A stretch of 60,467 bases of DNA from Patescibacteria group bacterium (GCA_038061865.1 JBBTYI010000009.1:1-60467); one strand, 5' to 3'. Shown: positions 35,376 through 45,904, counted from the stretch's first letter. Notes: generated by a model from the letters alone, not told the origin. Made by a program: numbers and translations.

Positions 35376-38300
35376 ATGACATTGGATGATTTCAAAAAGA
35401 ACGAAGAGAAAATACTGAAATTTTGGGGGGACAGCAAAATTTTTGAAAAAAGTTTGGCGCAAAGAAAAGGCGCCAAGCCGTTTGTTTTTTATGAAGGTCC
35501 GCCCACCGCCAACGGCCTGCCCCATATCGGCCATCTCCTCACTCGCATCTTCAAGGACCTCTACGGCCGGTATAAAACTATGCGCGGCTATTACGTCCTG
35601 CGCCGGGCCGGCTGGGACACCCACGGCTTGCCGGTGGAGATTGAAGTGGAAAAGCAGCTGGGACTGAAAACTAAAAAAGACATAGAAGAATTCGGCATCG
35701 CCCGCTTCAACAAAAAGGCGAGAGAAAGCGCGCAAAAGTACAAGGCCGAATGGGAAAGAATGACCGAAAGGATGGGTTTTTGGCTGGACTTGGACAACCC
35801 CTATATCACTTACCGGCCCGATTATATTGAATCAGTTTGGGCGATAATCAAAAAAATTTGGGACAAGAAATTGCTTTACCAAGGCCACAAGGTGATACCT
35901 TTCTGCACCCGTTGCGGCACGCCGCTTTCCAGCCATGAAGTGGCCCAGGGATATGAGGACATTACCGAAACAGCGGTGATAGTAAAGTTAAAAATCAAAG
36001 AACCTTTAGAAGCTATAAGCCATAACCTAACACCTAACACCTATTTTCTGGCTTGGACAACGACCCCGTGGACTTTGCCGGGCAATGTCGCTTTGGCGGT
36101 AGGGGAAAGTATTAAGTATCTAATAGTAAGTATTAAGGGAGGAAATGAGAAATACGTTTTGGCGGAAGATCGGGCAGAAAAGGTGCTTAATGCCGAATAT
36201 GAGATACTTGATACCGTCTCTGGAAAAGACTTGGTCGGTTTGGAATACGAACCGCTGTTTGACGTTGCCGCGCTAAAATCAAAAAATTCTTACAAAGTTT
36301 ACCCGGCTGATTTTGTCACTACCGAGGAGGGCACTGGCATTGTCCATACGGCGGTGATGTACGGTGAGGAGGATTATGAACTAGGCAAAAAAGTCGGTTT
36401 GCCGACTCGCCATACCGTGGACGAGCAAGGGCGGTTCACTGCCGATGTCGCCGCTTTTTCCGGCCAATATGTCAAAGACGCCGAGCCAGGCATCGTGAAA
36501 TATCTGCGCGATAAAAACCGGCTGTTCAAAGAAGAACTCCACCTCCACACTTATCCTTTTTGCTGGCGCTGCCACACGCCATTGCTTTACTACGCCACCG
36601 ATTCGTGGTTCATCAAAATGTCCGCCCGGCGCCAGCAGCTATTGAAAAACAACCGCCAGATAAACTGGAAACCGAAGCACATGAAGGAAGGGCGGTTTGG
36701 CGAATTCATCAAAGAAACCAAGGATTGGGCCTTGAGCCGTAAGCGTTACTGGGGAACGCCGCTGCCGATTTGGCAATGCGCTAATAAACATCATCTGGTG
36801 GTCAGCGCGCTGGCCGATTTGGAAAGACATCGTTTTCGTCCAGCCAATACTTATTATCTGATCCGCCACGGCACCAGCACTAAAAATGTCGTGCCCGGCA
36901 AGGATATCATCTCTTCCAAACTGGAAAAGGATGCTTACGAACTGACTAGTCAAGGCCGCGCCGAGGTAAAAGAAACGGCCCGCCAGCTCAAACGGGCCAA
37001 CGGGGCGGACTTGATTATCAGCTCGCCGTTTTTGCGCACCAAACAAACCGCGCAGATTATTGCCGACTACTTGAACCAGCCGGTAAAAATTGACAAACGG
37101 CTGAAAGAAATAGATCTGGGGTCCGCTAACGAAGGCCGACTGTACGACGAAGCTATTCCGCCGGTGCCGGATTTTGAGACCAAACTTGACGACGGCGAGA
37201 GCCGGCACGATGTCAGAAGGCGGGTCTGGTCATTGATACGTGAGCTGGAAGAAAAATATTCCGGCAAAAAGATCATTTTGGTCAGCCACGGAGATCCCAT
37301 CTGGTTATTGGACGGGCTGTCACGCAATCTGGATGAGCCGGCCATGTTGTTGCATCGGGCACAGGATTATCTTAAAAAAGGCGGGGTCAGGAAAGTTACT
37401 TTTGCCAACTATCCGCGCAATGAAGATGGTGAAGTGGATCTGCACCGGCCGTATGTGGATGAGATAGCGCTGAAATGTCCCGAATGCAATGAAGCAATGC
37501 GCCGTGTACCCGACTTGATAGACGTTTGGTTTGATTCGGGCGCTATGCCGCTGGCCCAGTGGCATTACCCGTTTGAGAATAAAAAGTTAGTTGACAGCGG
37601 ACAACAGTATCCGGCCGATTTCATTGTTGAAGCCATTGACCAGACCCGGGGCTGGTTTTATACAATGCTGGCTATTGCCACCGCTTCGGGTCGCAAACCG
37701 CCTTATAAAAATGTGATGGTGCTCGGCCACACGCTGGATGAAAAGGGCCGCAAAATGTCCAAGTCCAAAGGCAATGTCATCATGGCGCACGACATTTTGG
37801 AACAGTTTGGCGCCGATGTTGTCCGTTGGTATCTGTTCACGCTGTCCGACCCGGCCGATGGCAAGCCGATCAGCCCTAAAGACATAGCACAAAAGTACCG
37901 GGGATTTTTCGGCACCTTGCAAAATACTTTACGCTTTTTTGAATTGTACGCCTCCTCGGCCAAACCCAGCGGCTCGCCTGAACCGCAGAGCGAATTAGAC
38001 CAGTGGCTCTTCGCCCGTTTGGCCCAACTGACTGCCACCGTCACAGAAAATCTGGACGCCTATGCACCCACTATCGCCGCCCGGGCGATTGAGGAGTTCG
38101 TGGTGGATGATTTGTCTAACTGGTGGGTCAGGCGGTCAAGAAAAAGATTCCAGCACCCGGTTAGTAATGAGGAACTGGTCTATGTCGCTTCAATTTTACG
38201 ATATGCGCTTTTGGAATTGGCAAAAATTATAGCTCTGTTTATACCCTTCACTGCCGAATGGCTGCATTCCGAACTGCACCGCGGCCAGACGGCCGGGACG

Positions 38301-38864
38301 GAGAGCGTGCATTTGCATGATTGGCCGCTGACGCAACTACCAACTACTAATCATCAACTACTAACAACTAATATGGAGGAGGTCAGAAAGTTTGTGGCGG
38401 CGGGATTGGGAGAAAGAAAAGCGAAAAATATAAAAGTTCGGCAGCCGCTGGCCGGGGCTACGCTCAAACGGGCGGAAAAATTTGCCGGCGGGCTGGAGGA
38501 ATTGATTAAAGATGAGCTGAATATCAAGACAATCAATTATAATGCCGATGCTGAAGCCGTAATTGCCCTGGATGAGCGTATCACCGAGGATTTAATCCGG
38601 GAGGGTTGGGCGCGAGAAGCGATGCGCCAAATTCAAGATATGCGCAAAGAAGTTAAGTATAAGTTAAATGAAAAGGTATTCGCCGCCTGGGAAACGGACA
38701 ATGCTGAACTGGCCACTGCCATGAAAAATTTCAGTTCTACCATTACCACCGACACTTTGCTCAAATCCTTCATTCGCGGGCATCAACTAAACCTAAAATA
38801 CGATGTCGAAAAAGATTTCAACCTAGCTGAAGGAGTAAAGATTTGGTTAGGGGTGAGGAAATAA
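35376..38864 (+). CDS. ileS: Isoleucyl-tRNA synthetase carrying an inserted histidine-phosphatase (PGAM-like) domain
   Basis: 1162 aa; HIGH PHIGHLLTR, KMSKS RKMSKSKGN, CP1 editing domain. Between WQCANKHH and DLHRPYVD lie about 200 extra residues. Confidence 0.9.
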   Translation: MTLDDFKKNEEKILKFWGDSKIFEKSLAQRKGAKPFVFYEGPPTANGLPHIGHLLTRIFKDLYGRYKTMRGYYVLRRAGWDTHGLPVEIEVEKQLGLKTKKDIEEFGIARFNKKARESAQKYKAEWERMTERMGFWLDLDNPYITYRPDYIESVWAIIKKIWDKKLLYQGHKVIPFCTRCGTPLSSHEVAQGYEDITETAVIVKLKIKEPLEAISHNLTPNTYFLAWTTTPWTLPGNVALAVGESIKYLIVSIKGGNEKYVLAEDRAEKVLNAEYEILDTVSGKDLVGLEYEPLFDVAALKSKNSYKVYPADFVTTEEGTGIVHTAVMYGEEDYELGKKVGLPTRHTVDEQGRFTADVAAFSGQYVKDAEPGIVKYLRDKNRLFKEELHLHTYPFCWRCHTPLLYYATDSWFIKMSARRQQLLKNNRQINWKPKHMKEGRFGEFIKETKDWALSRKRYWGTPLPIWQCANKHHLVVSALADLERHRFRPANTYYLIRHGTSTKNVVPGKDIISSKLEKDAYELTSQGRAEVKETARQLKRANGADLIISSPFLRTKQTAQIIADYLNQPVKIDKRLKEIDLGSANEGRLYDEAIPPVPDFETKLDDGESRHDVRRRVWSLIRELEEKYSGKKIILVSHGDPIWLLDGLSRNLDEPAMLLHRAQDYLKKGGVRKVTFANYPRNEDGEVDLHRPYVDEIALKCPECNEAMRRVPDLIDVWFDSGAMPLAQWHYPFENKKLVDSGQQYPADFIVEAIDQTRGWFYTMLAIATASGRKPPYKNVMVLGHTLDEKGRKMSKSKGNVIMAHDILEQFGADVVRWYLFTLSDPADGKPISPKDIAQKYRGFFGTLQNTLRFFELYASSAKPSGSPEPQSELDQWLFARLAQLTATVTENLDAYAPTIAARAIEEFVVDDLSNWWVRRSRKRFQHPVSNEELVYVASILRYALLELAKIIALFIPFTAEWLHSELHRGQTAGTESVHLHDWPLTQLPTTNHQLLTTNMEEVRKFVAAGLGERKAKNIKVRQPLAGATLKRAEKFAGGLEELIKDELNIKTINYNADAEAVIALDERITEDLIREGWAREAMRQIQDMRKEVKYKLNEKVFAAWETDNAELATAMKNFSSTITTDTLLKSFIRGHQLNLKYDVEKDFNLAEGVKIWLGVRK
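36807..37409 (+). other. In-frame histidine-phosphatase domain insertion within ileS (aa about 478-678)
   Basis: Motifs LIRHGTS, LTSQGRAEV...ARQL, DLIISSPFLRTKQTA, EIDLGSANEG and ILVSHGD match the PGAM-branch histidine phosphatase superfamily. Confidence 0.7.
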
Positions 38865-38867
38865 TCT

Positions 38868-39398
38868 ATGCGCACTCAAGCGGTGATTCTCAAAAAAATC
38901 CCGGTCAAGGAATATGACGCGCTGGTGGTTTGCTATACCGACATCGCCGGCAAGCAGACTTATCAGGCCAAAAGTGTGTTGAAACCAACCTCGGTGCAGA
39001 GCGGACATTTAGATTTGTTTAATCTGGTGGACTTTGCGCTGGTAGAGGGCAATGGGCACGCGATTATCACCGGAGCGCACTCGTTGAGAGCTTATTCGCG
39101 CTTAAAAAATAATCTGGCGGCGCTGGCGGCGGCCTATTTTTTGCTGGAATGTTTTGACAAACTGATTTTTGCCGGCGAGCCGGACCCGAAATTATGGCGG
39201 TTTCTGACGGCGCGGCTGGAGTTTTATGATCAGGTTGCCGAAAATGCCGCCGCTGATTGGTTCTTAATTATCAAATCAACCAAAACAGAACTGCTTAAAA
39301 CCCTCGGCTACGACGCCACCGCCTCAATCGAGGAACTGACCGGCGGCCATTTCCGGTCGTTACAGTTTGCCAAAAAAGTGGTAGGATATACTTTGTAG
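38868..39398 (+). CDS. recO: DNA repair protein RecO (short form)
   Basis: 176 aa; N-terminal OB fold AVILKKIPVKEYDALVVCYTDIAGK. Confidence 0.65.
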   Translation: MRTQAVILKKIPVKEYDALVVCYTDIAGKQTYQAKSVLKPTSVQSGHLDLFNLVDFALVEGNGHAIITGAHSLRAYSRLKNNLAALAAAYFLLECFDKLIFAGEPDPKLWRFLTARLEFYDQVAENAAADWFLIIKSTKTELLKTLGYDATASIEELTGGHFRSLQFAKKVVGYTL

Positions 39399-39403
39399 TA
39401 TTT

Positions 39404-41188
39404 ATGGACTTCCAAGTAACTCCACTTGAACCAACGGCGCCAATACCGCCGCCATCTTTTTGGAAACGCCGCCGCGGCAAAATTATCGGCGGGGCGGCTG
39501 GTTTGCTGGTTTTGTTTCTGGTCTGGTCAATCTTTCTGGGCCGCAGCAATTTCAGCGAGGCCAAAGTTGATTTTAAGATTGACGGCCCGACCGAGATTTC
39601 CTCGGGTGAACTGGTAAGCTACAAAATCAGTTACAAAAATGGCAATAAAGCCGGGCTGAACGACGTCAAGCTGACTTTTTTCTACCCGCCCGATGCCGTG
39701 CCGGTGCGCGACGGCAACATTGCCAGCGCCGTTAACGAAAGTATAATTATCGGCGGTCTGGCCGGCGGCGAAGCCGGTGAGAGGATTATCACCGCCTATT
39801 TGGTCGGCGACCGAGGCAACATCAAAACGGCTAAGGCAGTCTTGGTCTTCAAACCGGAAAACGTCCAGTCCAGTTTCAAAAAAGAAACTTCCGTGGCGAC
39901 CACTATCACCCAACTCGCCATTCCGCTGACTTTAGTCGCCCCGCCCAGCGTTATCAACGGCCAAAACATCACTTATCTGGTTGACTACCGCAATCAGGCC
40001 CAGCAGAATTTCAATGATTTACGCTTCGCCGTCAAGTATCCAGACGGTTTCCGTTTTTCGAACGCCACGCCCGCGCCCAGCGCCGGCCAAAATATTTGGG
40101 ACCTCAAAACTTTGAAGCAGAGCCAGGGAGCTCGCATCACCATTCAGGGCGTTTTGCGCGGCGAGGAACTTTCCAGCAAATTGGTGTCTTTGGTTTTGCA
40201 AAAAAAAGTCACTACGCCAAACGGTGACGTCTATGTTGATTTTGAAAAAGTGGAAGCCACTTCGGTTATCGCCAACCCTTTCTTAAGCGTCAGTTTGAAC
40301 GTCAACGACTCGGCCAATTACACCGCTCACCTGGGAGACGATCTGCAGTATCTGATAAATTTCAAAAACAGCAGCAATGTTGACATCAGCAATCTGACTT
40401 TGACGGCAACGCTGGAGGGGGTAATGTTTGACCCGGCCACGGTCCGCTCCAACGCTTTTTTTGACGGCCGGAACAATACCGTCAGCTGGAACGCCTCGGT
40501 AATACCGGAGTTGGCTCTCTTACGGCCGGGCCAAAGCGGTCAGGCCGCTTTCGCCGTCCGTTTGAAAAACAGTTTCAGCGGCGGCACCGGCTCGGCTAAT
40601 TCTTTAGTTAAAGTCACCGCCCGCCTGGAATCGCCGAATATTCCGGCTAATTTAGACATTGATAAGCTCGCCGCCGATGACCAATTGATAACCCGGATTT
40701 CTTCGGTGCCCAGTTTTGACCAAAAGATTTTATTGAGTGATTCGGCCTTCGGCTCCAGCGGTCCCTTCCCGCCCAAAGTCAACCAAAAAACCGTTTTCAC
40801 GGTCCGCTGGCAATTAGTCAATCCCGCCAATGACCTGTCGCCGGCCAAAGTCACGGCCGTCCTGGCGCCGGGAGTGAAATGGGAAAACCGCGTCCGCAGC
40901 GGAGCCAACCAGCCCCCGCCTGGTTACGATTCCCGAACCAGCGCCATAACTTGGGATTTGAGCACTTTGCCTGGCGGCAGCGGTGTCGGTTTGCCCAAGT
41001 ATGAGGCGTTTTTCCAGATTTCAATCACCCCGTCGGTCAACCAGGTCGGCCAGGCACCGCCGCTTTTGAAGAACACCCGTTTTGACGGCATCGACGCCTT
41101 TACCAAAGAAAATATTTCCCGTAGTGTTCAAGACAGCACTACCTATAATATTGATGACAGCAATGAAAACGGAAGCGTTGAAAAATAA
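39404..41188 (+). CDS. Large surface protein with DUF11/CARDB-like beta-sandwich repeats
   Basis: 594 aa; N-terminal TM anchor; repeated segments of the form xGdxxtYxIxYKNxGxxxLndVxLT. Confidence 0.5.
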   Translation: MDFQVTPLEPTAPIPPPSFWKRRRGKIIGGAAGLLVLFLVWSIFLGRSNFSEAKVDFKIDGPTEISSGELVSYKISYKNGNKAGLNDVKLTFFYPPDAVPVRDGNIASAVNESIIIGGLAGGEAGERIITAYLVGDRGNIKTAKAVLVFKPENVQSSFKKETSVATTITQLAIPLTLVAPPSVINGQNITYLVDYRNQAQQNFNDLRFAVKYPDGFRFSNATPAPSAGQNIWDLKTLKQSQGARITIQGVLRGEELSSKLVSLVLQKKVTTPNGDVYVDFEKVEATSVIANPFLSVSLNVNDSANYTAHLGDDLQYLINFKNSSNVDISNLTLTATLEGVMFDPATVRSNAFFDGRNNTVSWNASVIPELALLRPGQSGQAAFAVRLKNSFSGGTGSANSLVKVTARLESPNIPANLDIDKLAADDQLITRISSVPSFDQKILLSDSAFGSSGPFPPKVNQKTVFTVRWQLVNPANDLSPAKVTAVLAPGVKWENRVRSGANQPPPGYDSRTSAITWDLSTLPGGSGVGLPKYEAFFQISITPSVNQVGQAPPLLKNTRFDGIDAFTKENISRSVQDSTTYNIDDSNENGSVEK

Positions 41189-42467
41189 CTTGCTGGAGAA
41201 AATTGTTTCGCTGTGCAAACGGCGGGGTTTTATCTTCCCCGGCTCGGAGCTTTACGGGGGACTGGCCGGTTTTTGGGATTACGGGCCGCTGGGCGTGGAG
41301 TTGAAAAACAACATTAAAAAACAGTGGTGGCAAGACATGGTTTACCGGCGGGACAATATTGTTGGACTGGACGCCGCCATCATTATGAACCCGCAGGTCT
41401 GGGAGGCCTCGGGACACACCGACAGTTTCACCGACCCGCTGGTGGAATGCAAGCTTTGCCACAAAAGATTCCGAGCTGACCAGGAAGATAAAATCAAAGA
41501 ACATGAAGACGAGCACAAGCAAACAGTGGAGTGGACCGAACCCAAAACTTTCAATTTGTTGACTGAAGTTTATCTCGGCGTTACCGAACCAAAGGAAAAA
41601 ACTTATCTGCGCGGCGAGATAACCCAGGGGGTTTTCGTCAATTTCGCCAATGTCGTTTCCTCCACCCGGGTCAAACTTCCTTTTGGCATTGCCCAGATCG
41701 GCAAGGCCTTCCGCAACGAAATCACGCCCGGCAATTTTACCTTCCGCAGCCGGGAGTTTGAGCAGATGGAGCTGGAATATTTTATTAAGCCCGACGAAAA
41801 AGAAGCCGGGAAGGTTTTTGATTTTTGGAAAAAAGAACGGCTGGCTTGGTATGCCGGTCTGGGCATCAGCCAAGAAAATTTGCGGTTCCGCGAACACGCC
41901 GCTGACGAGCGCGCTCATTACGCCCGTTTTGCCGAAGATATTGAATACCACTCGCCTTTCGGCTGGAAAGAATTTGAAGGCATCCATCACCGCGGCGATT
42001 GGGATCTAAGCCGGCATAAATTGGCCTACCAGGACAGTGAAACAGGAGAGGAATATGTGCCTTGGGTGATAGAGACCTCCGGGGGAGTGGACCGGGCAGC
42101 CTTGTTTTTTCTGCTGGACGCCTATTATGAGGACGGCGAACGGATAGTTTTGAAGCTCAATCCCAAATTGGCGCCCTATAAGGCGGCGGTCTTTCCACTG
42201 GTTGCCAACAAACCGGAGCTGGTCAAAAAAGCCCGCGAGATTTATGATGAACTAAGAAAACATTTTACCGTTGCTTGGGACGACCGGGGCAACATCGGCA
42301 AAAGATACTACGCGCAGGACGAAATCGGCACGCCGTTTTGCATTACGGTTGATTATCAGACCTTGGAAAACGAGAGTGTCACCACCCGCGACCGTGACAC
42401 GATGGAACAAGGACGTGTCAAAATAGAATCACTGGTTGATTGCCTTCAAAAGAAACTGGGTCATTAG
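41163..42467 (+). CDS. glyQS: Glycyl-tRNA synthetase (class II dimeric)
   Basis: The start was chosen at MKTEALKNN. FPGSELYGGLAGFWDYGPLG motif 1; anticodon-binding C-terminus. Confidence 0.9.
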   Translation: MKTEALKNNLLEKIVSLCKRRGFIFPGSELYGGLAGFWDYGPLGVELKNNIKKQWWQDMVYRRDNIVGLDAAIIMNPQVWEASGHTDSFTDPLVECKLCHKRFRADQEDKIKEHEDEHKQTVEWTEPKTFNLLTEVYLGVTEPKEKTYLRGEITQGVFVNFANVVSSTRVKLPFGIAQIGKAFRNEITPGNFTFRSREFEQMELEYFIKPDEKEAGKVFDFWKKERLAWYAGLGISQENLRFREHAADERAHYARFAEDIEYHSPFGWKEFEGIHHRGDWDLSRHKLAYQDSETGEEYVPWVIETSGGVDRAALFFLLDAYYEDGERIVLKLNPKLAPYKAAVFPLVANKPELVKKAREIYDELRKHFTVAWDDRGNIGKRYYAQDEIGTPFCITVDYQTLENESVTTRDRDTMEQGRVKIESLVDCLQKKLGH

Positions 42468-42505
42468 TAAAGGTAAGTACTTAAACAATTGAACAGGGGG
42501 AAGAA

Positions 42506-43015
42506 ATGGATAGTACGCGAACCGCCCAAACCGCAAAGAATTTTTTGGCTTTTTTGTCGTCGGGTTATACCAAGATGCTCTTGGAAAAACCCTACGATGA
42601 GTTTTTCCAGACCGAGTTAGGCATCAAGTTAAAGCGGTTGGGTCTGGTCAGCAAGAACGCAATGGTCGTTGCTCTGGGACTTTTGGCTTTTTTTCTTGAA
42701 CAAAAACTTTCGGACGATACAGTTTTGAAAAAAATGTTCAAAGAAGTCGCCACCGATGCCTGGCCGGAATTTTCCAAGCGGTTACTCAACGGCTTTACCG
42801 ATTTTCTGGTTAGTCGTTCCGCCGCCGCTTCTGGCGAGGAGAAAGTGGCGATTGATAAACTTAGCCAGACCAAGCCGGAGGAGTTAAACGAGTTGCTGGT
42901 TGCTTTGGCCCGAGACGTCAAAAGCCGGCACTCGGATTTCTTGGATCGGGCAACGGAGAGAATTCGAAAATCTAGGGAAAAACTTCAAAATCGAAAGCGA
43001 GGTGTGTTATGGTGA
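42506..43015 (+). CDS. Hypothetical protein
   Basis: 169 aa; helical; no recognisable motif. Confidence 0.4.
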   Translation: MDSTRTAQTAKNFLAFLSSGYTKMLLEKPYDEFFQTELGIKLKRLGLVSKNAMVVALGLLAFFLEQKLSDDTVLKKMFKEVATDAWPEFSKRLLNGFTDFLVSRSAAASGEEKVAIDKLSQTKPEELNELLVALARDVKSRHSDFLDRATERIRKSREKLQNRKRGVLW

Positions 43016-44544
43016 ATTTCCTGTTGGAACTGGCTGGCTGGAGCATGGACGCGGTCAGCACCACTTTTGTTACCACACTGCGTTGGACTTTGCGCGTTGT
43101 TGCGCTGGTCCTTGGAACTTTCTCACTGTTTTTGATCGCCTCCGGTCTCAGTTTCGGGTCGGTGGCAATCTTTTTGCTTTGGCTGTTGGTGGCTGAAGTT
43201 GCTGCTTTAGCGCTAGTTTTCATCCCCGTGCTGACACTTTTAAAAATGAATCAACGCTTGAAGCAGTTTGCCGATACTACCTGGCATAGTTTGGCCAGCT
43301 TGTTTCTCTGGCTACTAACGGCGGGAATTTCGCTGACGCTGTTTCTGCGCTGGGGAGAGATTAAATACGCGCCCTTGCTGGCATTGGTGTTCATCGTCAC
43401 TGCGCTAGGTTACTGGGTATGCGATATGCGCTTTAGCGCCAAGGCAGCGGTATACCGTAACTGGTTGATCGTTGCAGCAATATTGGCATTAGTCGCCCTA
43501 CCTTCGCTTGGTTTGGTCATTTTGAGTGGGACAACGGGAATTGACGATGCCCTGCGTAAAAGCACCTGGCCAAAGTCGGAGTCATATCGGCCAGACCTGG
43601 AATTCTTTTTTGATCCAGCTGATGGTAAGCCACGCTATTGGTATTGCGAGTGCGACCTGGAGAACGTTTTTAGCGGCGTGGTTGGCCAGGCATTCCATCC
43701 CAAGACTGGCATTGCTCTTAAACCGCTGACTCACGAGAAAGAGCAAGAATTCCGGCGCCGCTGGGAACAAAAACGGGAGACGGAACGCAGGACCCAATTA
43801 GCCGAGGAACAGAAACAGCGCCAACTTGCCGAGGCCCAACGCGCTGAAGCTCAACGTTTGGAAGAACAAAGTCAGTGGGAAGTGGCTCAACTCGCAACTG
43901 ACCCGCAAATATCAACCGTGTCTGCCCCGCCACCAACAACCCCAATCACTATTAAAGAGATGGTATCCGAAAATCTTGACGGAGATGAAATTGCTAAAAT
44001 GCTGGAACCGCATAAGCGGGGTACCTCAAAACCAGAAGTTATTTTGGATAAGGGAGAACAGCTGGTGGTTTTATTGGAGCAAAACCTGAACACCGATAAA
44101 AACCAGGTGGGAGATCATTTCCAAGCTGTTCTTTATGAGGATTTGGGTTATACCAGTGGGGGTGGCTTGCTTTTCCCCAAAAATACTCGGGTCAGCGGCC
44201 AAATTAACGAACTGGTCAAAGCCGGCAGGACCAAAGGGCGAGCCAGGATATCTCTATTGCTGACAGAAATCGGGGGTACCGCGCTAGAAACCTACCCCCT
44301 GGTTATTGAAGCCGATCCTTCCATCAAGAAGGATGCCGGCAAAATAGCAAGAGATGTTGGCGTGGGCTTGCTTATCGGTTTATTGGGCGGCGGGAAAAAG
44401 GGTGCGGCGATTGGCGGCGGCATCGGCGCGGGCGCGGGAGTGACTGAAGTTTTGTTGACACGCGGTCGGGCCGTTAAACTTCCCGCCGAAACCAAATTGG
44501 TCTTTTATCTTGCGAAACCCCTTATTTTTACTCCGTATCGCTAG
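43009..44544 (+). CDS. Polytopic membrane protein with a coiled-coil and a C-terminal glycine-zipper
   Basis: 511 aa; 5-6 TM N-terminus; EQKQRQLAEAQRAEAQRLEEQ; GLLIGLLGGGKKGAAIGGGIGAGAGV. Confidence 0.5.
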   Translation: MVNFLLELAGWSMDAVSTTFVTTLRWTLRVVALVLGTFSLFLIASGLSFGSVAIFLLWLLVAEVAALALVFIPVLTLLKMNQRLKQFADTTWHSLASLFLWLLTAGISLTLFLRWGEIKYAPLLALVFIVTALGYWVCDMRFSAKAAVYRNWLIVAAILALVALPSLGLVILSGTTGIDDALRKSTWPKSESYRPDLEFFFDPADGKPRYWYCECDLENVFSGVVGQAFHPKTGIALKPLTHEKEQEFRRRWEQKRETERRTQLAEEQKQRQLAEAQRAEAQRLEEQSQWEVAQLATDPQISTVSAPPPTTPITIKEMVSENLDGDEIAKMLEPHKRGTSKPEVILDKGEQLVVLLEQNLNTDKNQVGDHFQAVLYEDLGYTSGGGLLFPKNTRVSGQINELVKAGRTKGRARISLLLTEIGGTALETYPLVIEADPSIKKDAGKIARDVGVGLLIGLLGGGKKGAAIGGGIGAGAGVTEVLLTRGRAVKLPAETKLVFYLAKPLIFTPYR

Positions 44545-44565
44545 AGAAAGATAGTGATCGGTCCC

Positions 44566-44595
44566 GACATCATGCCGGGATTTTTTATTTCCCCC
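44566..44595 (+). terminator. Intrinsic terminator (tcccg-acatcatgc-cggga followed by ttttttattt)
   Basis: Stem with a T-run after the 43009 gene. Confidence 0.45.
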
Positions 44596-44616
44596 CGCCT
44601 GTGCTATTTTAAATTT

Positions 44617-45903
44617 ATGGAAACCAAAATGCCATTTTCTTTTTTCACCTTCCCCAACGGCCTCCGCTTGATTACCGTGCCGGTAACCAGCACCGACAGC
44701 GTAACGGTTTTGGTGATGGTCGGCACTGGTTCAAGATACGAAAACAAAGAGATTAACGGCATTTCCCACTTTCTGGAACACATGATGTTCAAAGGCACGG
44801 CCAAGCGGCCCAAAGTCACCGATATCGCCCTGGAGCTGGACACCATCGGCGCCGAGTACAATGCTTTCACGGGCAAGGAATACACCGGCTACTATGTCAA
44901 ATGCGCCGCCGAAAAAGTGGATACCGCCCTGGACGTGATTTCCGATATTTTCCAAAACTCAAAACTTGACGCCGAGGAGATGGAGCGGGAGCGGGGGGTA
45001 ATTATTGAAGAAATCAATATGTATCTAGACACGCCGGCCCGCTATGTCGGCGACCTGTTTGAAGAACTGATGTACGGCGACCAGCCGCTGGGCTGGCACA
45101 TCACCGGCCCCAAGGAAGTTATCCGCAAATTAAGCCGCGGCGATTTTGTCAAATACTTCACCACTCACTATTTTGATAAAAATACCGTCATCGCCGTCGC
45201 CGGCAATATTGACCCGGGGCAAATCAAGCAAAAAGTTTCCAGTTATTTTTCAGACGTTCGCACCAACCAAAAACTGGAAGCGCTCAAGGTAAAAGAAGAA
45301 CAAGACCGGCCACGCCTGAAAATTCACAACAAAAAGACCGACCAGACCCACTTTATTATTGGTTTCCGGGCCTTTGACTATTTCAGCGATAAAGAGGCAG
45401 TGTTGAATGTGATGTCTCTGGTATTGAGCGCCGGTTTCAGCTCGCGGCTGTGGAACGAGTTCCGCGATAAACGCGGTTTATCTTACTATATCCGGGCGAC
45501 TAACAATAGTTACGCCGATGCCGGCTATTTTGAAATTAGCGCCGGAGTGGACAACACCCGCTTGACCGAAGCGCTTGACGCCGCTCTGGCGGAATGTAAA
45601 AAGTTAGCCGACCAAGCGGTCTCCGCAGCCGAACTTAAAAAAGTCAAAGATTACGCCCACGGCAAGCTGGCAATCGGTCTGGAAACTTCGGACGAGCTGG
45701 CTTCTTTTTACGCCGACCAGGAATTGCTTAAGCGGGAAATTCTGACGCCCGAGCAGAAACTGGCGAAAATTGACGCTGTGACTGCCGAACAGCTCCAAGC
45801 GGCGGCCCAAGAGATTTTCAGACCGGAACGCCTCAATCTGGCATTGATCGGTCCGTTCGAGCAAGACGATATCAAGATTAACAAAATTATCAATTCGTGG
45901 TAA
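44617..45903 (+). CDS. M16-family zinc peptidase (insulinase/pitrilysin-like)
   Basis: The start was chosen at METKMPF. Inverted zincin motif HFLEHMMFKGT; two M16 domains. Confidence 0.85.
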   Translation: METKMPFSFFTFPNGLRLITVPVTSTDSVTVLVMVGTGSRYENKEINGISHFLEHMMFKGTAKRPKVTDIALELDTIGAEYNAFTGKEYTGYYVKCAAEKVDTALDVISDIFQNSKLDAEEMERERGVIIEEINMYLDTPARYVGDLFEELMYGDQPLGWHITGPKEVIRKLSRGDFVKYFTTHYFDKNTVIAVAGNIDPGQIKQKVSSYFSDVRTNQKLEALKVKEEQDRPRLKIHNKKTDQTHFIIGFRAFDYFSDKEAVLNVMSLVLSAGFSSRLWNEFRDKRGLSYYIRATNNSYADAGYFEISAGVDNTRLTEALDAALAECKKLADQAVSAAELKKVKDYAHGKLAIGLETSDELASFYADQELLKREILTPEQKLAKIDAVTAEQLQAAAQEIFRPERLNLALIGPFEQDDIKINKIINSW

Positions 45904-45904
45904 A

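Noticed and set aside
34938-35735. 265-aa minus-strand ORF as listed
   Set aside because: Its first 125 codons run antisense across the ileS start and promoter. A clean membrane protein begins at the internal ATG at 35360 (MSKFAFWAL), so the call was truncated there.
36807-37409. Intein in ileS
   Set aside because: The insert has no N-terminal Cys/Ser, no block B TxxH, no C-terminal His-Asn followed by Cys/Ser/Thr, and no homing-endonuclease motifs. It instead has the full histidine-phosphatase motif set.
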